DNA of 60,789 nucleotides, the filler included, from Sluysia triapertura (Eukaryota), in the NCBI GenBank assembly GCA_046118255.1. It is 5 parts of 5 records of this genome, joined end to end, with 100 filler letters (N's around TTAATTAATTAA, not from the genome) between each part and the next. Parts side by side here need not be neighbours in the genome. Positions count along the whole stretch, not along the records: positions 24,738 to 35,683 come from JBJNIA010191040.1; positions 35,784 to 49,775 come from JBJNIA010011430.1; 3 more parts are not named here. The stretch is one strand, 5' to 3'. The position numbers and the translations under genes are program-made. Positions 28,357 to 48,273 of the stretch are shown here, in pieces (position 1 is the first letter of the stretch; the number at the start of each line of letters is the position of its first letter). Below the pieces are notes generated by a model. It was given only the letters and a program-made list of their open reading frames with translations. It had not been told where the DNA came from and made no database searches.

Positions 28357-29385
28357 ATAAGAAAACAGCAGCATCATTATTAAAATAATAGAGTGTTGAT
28401 TATTTAAAATTTGGCTTTCTTCCATTACCCTCTTACAAACGATTCCCCACGTGCGTTTTATGCAACAAAATTTTAAGTAATGGATCCATGAACTCAACAA
28501 AGCTCGAAGATCGTCTTAGAAGGTGGCATCCTGATCGAAAAGAACAAGATTTAAAATATTTTCACATCTGAAGGAGCAAGCTGAAGGTCCACTGAGTCGA
28601 ATATGCTAGCTTCAGCGTCTCAAAATAACGATGATGGTTTGCGGGCATATTACAATAGCTCACTGCTTGTAGCAAAATCTGGAAGACCGTAAACTATCGG
28701 AGAACAGTTAATTTTACCAGCTATGGAAGAGATTATAAGAACGGTTCTACATTAATCTCCATTGATGTAGTCAAATGAATTACTTCGAGTAATAACACAG
28801 TTCAAAGATGTATTGATGACATAAGCTATAATATTGAAAGCTTCTTGGATACTTATCTGAAAACAACTTATTTTTCCATTCAATTGGATGAGTGAACATT
28901 ACCTGGGAATGAACCATTATTCCTGCATATGTTCGATTTGCTGTGGACGAAGAAATTCATGAAGAACTGCTATTCGCAAAGTATTTGAAGACAGATACTA
29001 ACGGCGAGTCGATATTCAATGTCCTGAGTAATTTTTTCATGGATAAATCGAATCCACTTACAAAAATTATTTAGGTGGCAGCAGATGGAGCACCCATCCA
29101 TGACTGGGCGATATTGTGGATTTATAAACCAACTTAAAAAAATTGTGCCAACGGTTACTGCGATACACTTAGTAATCCACCGACAACACTTGGTATCGAA
29201 AAATTTGAGTGAAAGATTGTACCAATCGCTTCAGTTAGTGATTCATGAAGTTAATAAAATAAAAGAGCAATGCATTAAATACACGGTTATTCGCGCGGTT
29301 ATGTCACGGGAATGATGAAATTTCCAAAGATTGCTGATAGACTCTGAAGTAGGATAGTTGTCGAATGGTGCGTGTTTAACAAGAT
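28357..29385 (+). mobile_element. hAT (Buster/Charlie, ZBED5-like) transposase pseudogene
   Basis: YLKFGF..PTCVLCNKILSNGSM..KL..HP; LLVAKSGRP*TIGEQLILPA; SNNTVQRCID; FSIQLDE; EELLF..TDTNGESIF; DGA(P)SMTG; IHLVIHRQHL; SEVG*LS, with many stops and frameshifts. Confidence 0.9.
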
Positions 29386-29719
29386 GTACGAATAGTGAGC
29401 ATAGAGTACGAATAGAGCATAGCAGTACGAATGCGATGCGCTATGCTCACAGAACCGAAAATTAAGAGCCTTGTGTGGTGGAAAGGTTTGCTTGCCAGAT
29501 AAGAAAAATAATATTACCTATTAAATTATGAGCTAACGGAAATAGAACATTTAATACTTTATTCTAAATTTCTGTATAAATAAAAAAGCAGTATTGCATC
29601 GAAAATGGAATTTAAATGGGATAATTGTACTGTAACATTCCAAGAATCCATTCAAAAAATGAAGTGACTGACAGAACCAGAAGAACTGAAAAGCAAACTA
29701 AAGACTTTTGGATAAAATG

Positions 29720-31290
29720 TCGCAAGACCCAGAAACTTGGTAGTCCAAGTAAAGAAGAGAGAGAAGCCTTGAAAGTACTCCGAAGTAATTCAGAGATAAT
29801 CATTCAGCGACCAGTTAAATGCGGAGGAGTTGTAATTTTAAGTAAAGAAAAATATGCCGAGAAACTCGTGCAGCTGGTTAGCGATACTGCAAAGTTTATG
29901 AAAGCACAATCGAATCAAAATAATCGCTTAAAACTACGAATCATTGAAATCGCTAGAGAATGTAACCTAATTTGAGAAGCAATATATAACAAACTGCACA
30001 GATCAGGAAATTACTCACCAGGCCACCTATATGGGCTAAAAAATACATTAAAACTCAATAGGTCTACCATGGCGTCCCATAATATCAATGACAGGCACAG
30101 AAAGGCATTAAATAGCGCAAGTTGTGAACAAACTTATCTGTTCATATATAGACTGGTATCAAATAGTCTCATCCAAGGAAGAGTTTATTTGGAAACTTGG
30201 AGGTGTAGCGTTTCTGCAGGTTTTAAAGTAGCTTCGCTGGATGTGGAATCGTTCTTTTCGAAAGTATCAGTACAAGCAACCACTGAGCGAGCATATCACC
30301 ATGTAAGTTTACCGCCACCAATCCTTCCACCCTCAACTTTCCGGGAAATATTGGAATTAGGCACGACGCACACCCCGTTCCTATTTGAAGCAACGGAATA
30401 TATGCAGTGTGATGGCGTATCTATGGGTTCACCGTTGGGTCCTACGCATTCAGATTTTTACATGGCTGAACTGGAATCCAAACGACTAGCTCAAGATAAA
30501 TGATCAAATCCTAAATTTGACGTAAGGTATGCGGCTGACATATTTGCAATCATTAAGTTACCAAACATGATAGATTTCTCGTCCAGCGCATGAAAAACGA
30601 TTCAGCGCTTGATTTTACAACTGAGCCTACGGACGATGAACAGTTTAACTTTCTAGATGTTAAACTGTTCTGAAACCGGGTGGGCAGTTTGAAACTGGAG
30701 TTTATATAAGACAAACAGACAAAGGAATATTCAGAAATTTCCCGACTGATGCAAGAAGTGCATCATTAAAACATTAGTTAACCCAGCTCTAAGTCGTAGT
30801 TCAACATGGATAAAACGTGACAATAATCTGGAACGCCTAAAGGTTGTGTGTAGTAACGCTTCCGCAGGTCTTAGTTTAAAAGATCACCAATAGAAAATGG
30901 AACCAATATATTAATAAACAAACTGCCGCACAAGGAGAATTTATTAAATACTACATACAATTAAATAATTTGAGCAACTTCATATGCGGTCGAGAATGCC
31001 CCAGAAAATAGTCTCAGACCACGTTAAGCCAATATTAAATCGAACCTCAGTTGCCATCTGTGCCTATAACCGGAAATCGAAGAGAGCCAGTTAGTTTAGC
31101 CCAAGACTACGTCTGGATCACAAGGGCAGAAGCTGTGTGGTGTGTACAATTCTATTTGGTTAGTAAACTTTGTTGTACATAATCCTTGCCTTAAATTCAT
31201 AGATTTAGAATTCATTTTAAACTATCAATGTACATCTTACCAGATTTTAGCCTGATGATGCCTTTAGTTGAAGGCGAAATTTCGTTTTTA
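29720..31290 (+). mobile_element. Penelope-like element (RT relic; GIY-YIG region mostly deleted), copy 1
   Basis: EREALKVLRSNSEIIIQRPVKCGGVVIL..Y..K; LYGL; RPIISM; ASLDVESFFSKV; YMQCDGVSMGSPLGP..DFYM; RYAADIF; FLDV; terminal hammerhead motif. Confidence 0.88.
31245..31290 (+). ncRNA. Minimal type-I hammerhead ribozyme motif (PLE-associated), stem I degenerate
   Basis: CTGATGA (31252-31258), T-GCCTT-tagttg-AAGGC, GAAA, palindromic GAAATTTC ending in a UUC cleavage triplet. Confidence 0.6.
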
Positions 31291-31399
31291 GTATGATGAC
31301 AACGATTTTCAAAGCGATCTGTAGTTTTTATTCGCGGATATTACTTAAGAAACTTAATTTTAATGGAAAGTTAAATTTAGGAGAGTCGAGAAACTGTTG

Positions 31400-32950
31400 A
31401 AGAAAATACGGTATCGTAATAATTTTCCAAATGAACTCCGGACAGTCGAATCTATTTTTGTTCGTAATAGAAAACCTTCAATAAATTGTAAATACAACGA
31501 AATGTTCGATAATTTAAAATTCGATGTTCGAAAAGCTGCAGAAGAATGTATACAAAATAGAAGCTGATGTACGATACAGTATTTTAAAATTTGACAAAAG
31601 CCTATCGTTTGCTGTGAGACTCATGCTATGATCGTATGCATAAGGTCTAAAAATGCTACTTGAGGTATATCTATATTGTTTACAATAGGTTTCCAGCAAA
31701 CGGCTGGCATAAACTTTGCTAGTCGTGTTACAGCGATCCTCTACAGCTGCTAAGTTATTGTGATAAAATGATTCAACAATTTTAATGGACGGAAGTAATC
31801 TCTGATTGAAATTAAACTTCTCTTTGAATTTGGTTTTACCTCAACAGAAAACATTTTCTGAAGAAATTCGTGATCGTGTTCAAAACTGCTTAATTGTTCA
31901 GCTGTACGTAATAGTTTGTTGCTTACCTGTTTACGTACTGGACAAATGTTCCTTTTATAATTTTTTCGGTAAGAGCTTGCAGAAAAGAGATGTTAAACAG
32001 GACTTTCGTGATACCATTTGACTGCTATATCGTGTTGATGTGGAGCTATGATTCAGTGCAATAATAAATTTGGTTTTAATTATGCATTTTTATAAGATTG
32101 ATGTAAATGATGTAAATTTTGAGATTACCCAATCTGTTGATTTTATGCAGACTAATTTTCAAATTGTCCATCGGGTTTCAAAAACAGTTTTACCTCTAAA
32201 AAGTTATTTGTCTATTGGTTCTATCGCGAAGTTTAGTTTTCTTGCTCTCAACAAAAAATGTAGCATCACTGAGCAATGTAAAAATTGAAAGTATATCATC
32301 AGTATATCTGACACAAAATATATAGTTTGATTCATACTATGAGTCAGCAATTTTGCTTCAAAATCTGCCATATTAGCAGAAGTTGGTGAATATAGGATCC
32401 AATGGTGATTCCATGGACACTCCATCAAATGGAATATTGTGTTGCATCAAACAGAAACGGAGTTTGTGTATTTATCATAAGGTTTATGATAAAAGATTAT
32501 TGGAAGCAGATCTTGCTTATGATATGCTCGTCATAGTATAACAGCCGTCGTAGCTTCTACTTGAATATTAGTAAAAAGTGATACAACACCTGGTGACACC
32601 ACTTTAAAGCTTGGGAGGACGGTTCTTCAAGACTCTTGTTCCATTCTTCGAGTTATGGACTGGCATGAGCAGCTTCAGAACTTAGCATGAATTCGCTTGC
32701 ACATTTATTAGCTCTGGTTTTTAACAGATTGGTTTGCTATGACCGTGCTACTTAAACTCAACAAAAGTTTTACTTGTTTCTTGAAACATTTTGTCATTGG
32801 AGTTTATTTTAAAATCGGTATCTTAATCTATAGAGTTTAATGTATTAGAGTTTATTGCTTATTATCAAAATAATTATTTCAGCATTGCCGCATGTCATTA
32901 CGCTTAGCTTTTAGTGCAATTGTTTTTTATATTAGTGAAATCTTGTCCAC
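31400..32950 (-). mobile_element. Penelope-like element relic, copy 2 (convergent with copy 1)
   Basis: Minus strand: FKVVSPGVVSLFTNIQVEAT..RAYH..TPFLFDATQY..DGVSMESPLDP..MADFEAKLL..VRYTDDI..EVKLFLKPDGQFE; later CKQYRYTSSSIF..DH..NFKIL (GIY-YIG-like tail). Confidence 0.8.
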
Positions 32951-33529
32951 TGATCTGCATATTTGGTCTTATTTTCTAGTTTCATTTATTCGCTTTTGGC
33001 TGCGCGACACTCATCTTTCTAATCATACAATATATACAATAGCAGTGATGTGCATTGTACATCATATAAGTGTAAAATGTGCAACCATATCGCCACTGCT
33101 AGTTTGCGATTAATTTCTTCAGACAGAATTCTTTTCAAATAATTATACAATGTAATATTATATGCAATTATACGCAAATGTCGCTTTTGTTCTCGTAACT
33201 AGACGCGTTGATTTGAGGGAATGTACACAGATTGCAAGCGCCGTGGTATGTCTTACTTATTCTTCTTGTCTAGAGATTAATGGTGTTTCGAAGTTCAAAT
33301 AAGATGATAAGAAATCTTCTCTTACCCAGCTGATGAACCCATTTCGGGATTTGCGTTGGCAGACGAGTTACAGCACTCCGTGGCTAGTTTTTTGTGTTCC
33401 TACACGTATTAAGCAATTATACACTCGTGATTTACAAAATAAAACTCCAAGTTTGTCACAATATGATTCTTTCATGCATTCCATTCTTTCTGCACTTTCA
33501 TAGTTCTGTTTGTCTGCATTCGAGTTTAA

Positions 33530-33815
33530 ACAGGACTGTTGGCAGTCGTTTAAGCGTCATGACTGTAGGGCAGAACTGCGTGTCTAAGCGTCATAACTGC
33601 ATGGCAGGACTGCTTATTTAAGCGATATGACTGTAGGGCAGGACTGTGTGATATGTGTTTAAGTTTCACGACTGAAGGGCAGGACTGTGGGCAGTGTGTT
33701 TAAGCGTCATGACTGAAGGGCAGGACTGTGGGCAGTGTGTTTAAGTTTCACGAGTGAAAGACAGGACTGAGCTCAGTGGGTTTAAACGTCATGATTGAAG
33801 GTCAGGACCGTGCGC
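33530..33815. repeat. About 41-bp minisatellite, about 7 diverged copies
   Basis: Unit CAGGACTGTGGGCAGTGTGTTTAAGCGTCATGACTGAAGGG. Confidence 0.88.
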
Positions 33816-34377
33816 AGTGTGTAGTGTCGAATATGGTGGATAAAAAGCAGTAACTGGATCCTTTTGGAAGTTCATCCAATTGTGGAATTACGTTTTCGAT
33901 CGCAGGACTGTAATTGGTAATTGTACCAATACATGCATTGTCCATTTGCAATTCGTTTTTCAGTATACTTGAATCATAACTTTTCATCTCGCTATGATGC
34001 ATTTCGGTATGAATATTAGCGCCCCAGGTTACAGGCGTCTTATTCTCATTTGAGTGCATTATTTAGAGACAGAGAGAAGCTTTTAATCAGTTTGCTAAGC
34101 TAGCTAAGCTGTTGAACTGTGGCAGCTTCCAAAGGCATCTGCTTCTTAATATTTTGTGGCCAATTGATCTGCTCGCTGTTTGGCTTGCCCGTAATTTAAC
34201 ATTTCACTATTGTTTGTTACTTGTTCTTGTTGTTGTTCCCGTTCTCACCTGTTGTCGCAATCAAATGTGTTGTCAGTTCGTTATTCAGAGTCAGTAGTTG
34301 CCGACAATTTAATTGTTCATAGTCATTCCATGCAGACTGCGCACCTGGTCGAAGCAACTTCAGTGTTTGCATAAGCT

Positions 34378-34523
34378 TTCGAAACTTTTTGGCACTGATA
34401 TACGAACGTTTAGTTTGTATTCGCGTACAGAATAAAGACTAAGCCTATATTTCGAAACTTTTTGTCACTGATATACGAACGTTTAGTTTGTATTCGCGTA
34501 CACAATAAAGACTAAGCCTATAT
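34378..34523. repeat. 73-bp near-perfect tandem duplication
   Basis: 34378-34450 and 34451-34523 differ at about 2 positions. Confidence 0.93.
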
Positions 34524-34970
34524 TTCTCTTGCGTCAACTGCAAATGCGCAGCATTAGGCTTAGGGTGGAATTCAACAAATTTCTAAAAAATATCGAGCTT
34601 TTATCACCAGAAAACATAACGAAGTAAAGGACGAAAATTACATCGCGCAAAGGAACTACGTTGCAGTAATTTACTAACCATTTTATTACATTTCCATACA
34701 AAAAATGCTCACATTTGATTTCATTGATTTTAATATTGACACAAAGCTGCAGCTCAAATAATTGAAACTCTGGAAATGATATACGACAGCAGGGCAAGCC
34801 AAGCACGAATGGTCAAATTGTAATTGAAACTACTTACAGCAAATCCAGTCTAACAACCACTACAATCAGTAAAAAATAAAGAAATTTCACGAAAGGACAC
34901 TCTCTCTTTCGCTGCTGACGAAATATGTACAAATTAATTACAAATGTTCGAAAAAAGGATATTACGATTA

Positions 34971-35400
34971 CGGCAACCGTCCATCCCGAAGAATCAAGGT
35001 AGCACCCTGGTCCGTTGTGCGAACCCACGCTGGTAGCATCGTCTTGAATGGCTCATCAGGCCGATTCTGGCGTGGCAGTCTCTACCACAGTTAACGCAGA
35101 AAAAGTCCGATGACGCGTGTAGCTGTCGCCCACAGCCAACCACAGCGGTGACCTGCGAGCTATTCCCAAGCTAAGGGGTCAATGTTGGTTTTTTTAGGTC
35201 GCGCTTCGCAACATCCTTCAAGCGCAACACCAGGCGCCCAGTCGGGCGACGGCCCGCGGCTAGCTCCCAATACAGCATGTCTTTGGGAATTCAGCCATCC
35301 CGCATGCGATGGACATGACCCAGCCACCGAAGCCGACGTTGACAAAGGAGGAGAGGCATGTTCTGTGTACCAGCTTGTTTCAGAACGGCACAACTTGTAA
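34971..35400 (-). mobile_element. RTE (BovB-like) LINE 3' fragment
   Basis: VLKQAG..QRRLRWLGHVHRMRDG*IPKDMLYWELAAGRRPTGR..LRLKDVAKRDLK..ID..WE; C-terminal CGRDCHARIGLMSHSRRC; 3' GATGGACGGTTGCC. Confidence 0.9.
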
Positions 35401-35783
35401 TACCGTGGATACCTATCTGAAATATGACACGACACTGTGGATACCTTACAAATATAAGAAACATCACCATTGATACGCAGCAGAAATGAAATAAGACACC
35501 GTAGATACATAACCGAAATAAAATGTACGCCGTGTTTACAAAACAGTAATAACATTCAAAGTCGCAGAAACATGTCAGCAATATATTGGAACGCCTTGGA
35601 TACAAAAGAGAAATAAAATACAAACTCTTGGATACACGACGTAATTTGCATTCAACATTGTAGAAACATAGCAGAAATCATATNNNNNNNNNNNNNNNNN
35701 NNNNNNNNNNNNNNNNNNNNNNNNNNNTTAATTAATTAANNNNNNNNNNNNNNNNNNNNNNNNNNNNNNNNNNNNNNNNNNNN

Positions 35784-35900
35784 TATTTAAGAAAAAAGCA
35801 AAGTTCTTTCTGTTTCAGAAATATTATGGTGAATGATTTACCTTAAGCGCTTTTGAGTAGATATGAGCGCAATATAAATTAATATATTATTATTATTATT
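35784..35900 (+). mobile_element. L2-type LINE 3' end with (ATT)n tail
   Basis: FKKKAKFFLFQK.. then AGCGCTTTTGAG..TGAGCGC stem, ATATAAAT and ATT repeats; matches 47278-47390 on the minus strand. Confidence 0.75.
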
Positions 35901-36614
35901 TTCTACAAAATATCCAAATGATAATAGTAATAAGTGCAGATTCCAATATAACGTGTTTTAAGGCACAAGAATAAATAAGATATTTTGTACAAATTATTAA
36001 AGGCAGTATTTTTGAAAGTGTAATAAACAAATAAATACTGTTGGAAAAATAAACAAAACTTAACTATTAGGCTCAGCCATAGTAAGTGATTATTGATTCC
36101 TTATTCTAAGAGTTATCTAAATCACTTTTCTTTTAATGTATGACTTGATAACAAAATTAACATATACATATTTTGAGAATTTATATTGAACTAAAATGAT
36201 TCAAAAATTTAATTGAATATAGTAAAGTACGTAAATGCATAATGTCGTAATAAAGACACAGCTATACTATTAAGATACTACTTTTTTTCGTAATACTTTT
36301 ATCCAATGATTTTAAAGGTAGTTCAATCTCTTATAACAATCAAAAAACATGTGTAAATAAAACTATCGACTTGACTTGAATTTGATATTCAACGCCGCGT
36401 AAGAAATGGATAACATAGACCATGAGACGTAGAATAATATGAATCTTCGGATTACCGATTTTGAAGATCTATCTTTGATCTATTAACAAATTTGTTGATG
36501 AATGAATAAAAATCAAAAAACTCCGTTTTTTCAGACTAATGTTGTGCGTTGTAACAACTTTGAGGTCATATTTAAACATTAACCAAAAATAATAGAGCAC
36601 AACACCTATATTAA

Positions 36615-37090
36615 CCCTTTAACCGCCGGTGAGCGTATTTTTACGAACATACATTTATTTGAGAGATTATATGAAATATATGTGAGAAAAGCCATTAAAA
36701 AGCTGGCGCCAGTTGCGTTATTGTTAATTTAAAAATTAATAAAAAATGTATAATTTTTCATGAATTTTCAATAAAATAGCATCAAATGTGAAAATCGGTA
36801 AATTTAGTATTCTCTATCAAAGTGTAATATAATGTGGAATGTTCTAAAGCAATCTTCCATCTTCTAACAAAAGTAACAATAACTTTAGACTTTATAATAT
36901 TTTCACTTATTTTATTTGATTCAAATATTTTTCTCACAAAATGGTGGTATATTATTGAAATAACTTTGTACACACACTTTAAAAGCAGAAACGATTATGC
37001 AAAACATTGTCCTTACTTAATCCTCTAAAACAATATGTAACATGACCTGCTTAAGCCTGACAAACTTGCATAAATACGGCGGCGAAAGGT
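36615..37090. mobile_element. piggyBac-type non-autonomous element (MITE) with TTAA TSD
   Basis: TTAA|CCCTTTAACCGCCG ... CGGCGGCGAAAGGT|TTAA. Confidence 0.75.
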
Positions 37091-37145
37091 TTAATTAACA
37101 ATTTCGTAAAATAGGCGTAACACCTCATTAATAATTTTTTCTCTA

Positions 37146-37179
37146 TTATTATTATTATTATTCATTATTATTATTATTA

Positions 37180-37215
<36 letters not shown>
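37146..37215. repeat. (ATT)n microsatellite
   Basis: Direct reading; similar tracts at about 4790-4850, 38383-38470, 39714-39790, 47215-47277 and 60718-60789. Confidence 0.95.
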
Positions 37216-37216
<1 letters not shown>

Positions 37217-37862
37217 GATATGAACTAGAGCGTGCTCCATGACATTTTGGAGAGGTCAAACAAATATCATTGTAAATAATATAATTATTTACAATAACAT
37301 ATATTTTATTCAAAAATGAATCAGATGTCAAACAAGCACAAGGCCTTTTTCAAAGATGGTATTTACAAATTTGTATCACACTGACATGATGTTATAACTA
37401 GTAATTGAAATTATAATTTATTATTTTGTTTTATTCTAAAAGCGGACAGAACTTTCCTGTAAGCCTAATATAATTATTTTATATTTCATACATGAATTTA
37501 TTAATTTTGTCATCTTTACTTTTCCATCAAATGTATTCAGATTATAAATGCTCGATTCAATATTTATATTTTTAAACATTTGTATTTCAATAAGTATATA
37601 GAAAATTTTACAACGACGAGCAATGAAAATAATTTTAAAAATAAATGAAAACATGTGACACGTATCTTCTCCTCATACGATTGAAAACCATTTTTATGTA
37701 CGACATGCATTAAATTACCTTGAAACATAATTAATAACAAATTCAACAAAAAGTAAATCAACTTCAAAATTTTGAAATATTCCATATTTTTGAAATTAAA
37801 AGAAAATTTTTTGGATCTCTTGATTAAATAATTTAGTATTTTTATAATAGTCTAAATCTAAC

Positions 37863-47010
<9,148 letters not shown>

Positions 47011-47212
47011 ATATCGAAAATCATATAATCATAAAATCCTGTTAATATTTGATTTTAAAATTCGATGTGTGCTTTAATGAAAATATAAACTAGATTTGTT
47101 TGCATGCGAAATCAATAATATATATGACATTTATTAAAATATGCCATTTTAGAAAAGAAAATGTGTTACATTAATATGATGACTATTATATATTGTTGGA
47201 ATTTTTTGTTTA

Positions 47213-47214
<2 letters not shown>

Positions 47215-47277
<63 letters not shown>

Positions 47278-48165
47278 TATTATTTTACGTTTCGCTCATA
47301 TCTACTACAAAGTAAGTACTCAAAATAAATCATTCATCATATTATTTCTGAAACAGAAAGAACTTTGCCTTTTTCTTAAAGTGAGTACAATAATCTTCCA
47401 GTAATTTGACATTCTCTGATAACTGGTTGTATATTTTTGAAACATAGATGGTACACAACCTTACATCTAGCTTGTTATCACTGTGGATTCTGTATAGATT
47501 ATTATTATGTCTCAATGAAATATTCAGCTTGGGTTCCAATTTTTTTATTATTTCTAAGATATTCGGGACTTCCGTAATGTAAGCACTTGTAAACTATTGT
47601 CATGGTAATTGGCAGCCAATGTAATTCCTTAAGATAAGGTGTTACATGAGATCTTATTCCCAGTTGGAGACTTAGTCTTGCTGCTTGATTAATTATTAAT
47701 TGTAATTTTTCACTTTTCTAAATGAAATTGAGTACAACAAACCATTGTTAAAATCTATGTTGCTAGTTATCAATGAATGAAGAATAAGTTTAGCTGTTTC
47801 TTTATTAATAAATAAAGAATATGAGATATTTTATTTAATTGATATTTACACTTTTTAACAACTTTTTAACACTTTTCTTCCACCTTTCTTTTACTTTTTA
47901 ATCCACATAACAGCCTATATTTCGTACTTTTTGCTTCGCATTCTAGTTTCTTTGTTTCATTTATTTTGGTAGTGTAGCTATTTTTGTTACTGAAGATTAT
48001 AAATTCTGACTTTTATTCATTGATTTTCAAGAATTTATTTCCAAATAAATTTATCAATTCAGATACTGGTTATTCTGTTCTTTGAATAGTATTTTCTATG
48101 TTTCTCATTTCAAATTCAGTACATATTTGCACGTCATCAACATATATATGGTATGTAAAACCATA
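47215..48165 (-). mobile_element. L2/CR1-type LINE 3' fragment (RT YxDD region to tail)
   Basis: YHIYVDDVQI near 48130; C-terminal IYNQL..HFKKKAKFFLFQK*; (ATT)n tail at 47215-47277. Confidence 0.78.
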
Positions 48166-48166
48166 A

Positions 48167-48212
48167 AACCTATGTCAACATAAAATTGAGCAGGGTCCGG
48201 TTACAGTAAACG
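48167..48212 (-). repeat. Dispersed retroposon 3'-end repeat, copy 5 (partial)
   Basis: AACCTATGTCAACATAAAATTGAGCAGGGTCCGGTTACAGTAAACG. Confidence 0.8.
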
Positions 48213-48273
48213 CCTCTCTAACTAACACTAAGTTAATTTTAATGTAAAAACGTGAAATAAAATCTTTTAGTAA

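Noticed and set aside
29386-29452. Hairpin and short repeats GTGAGCATAG...CTATGCTCAC
   Set aside because: Real inverted repeat, but a single copy with no assignable element.
33325-33362. CTGATGA-ACCC..GGG hammerhead-like motif
   Set aside because: The GAAA core is missing; at best a fully decayed copy.
35035-35065. CTGATGA on the minus strand as a hammerhead core
   Set aside because: No GAAA follows, and it is part of the RTE coding motif GLMSH.
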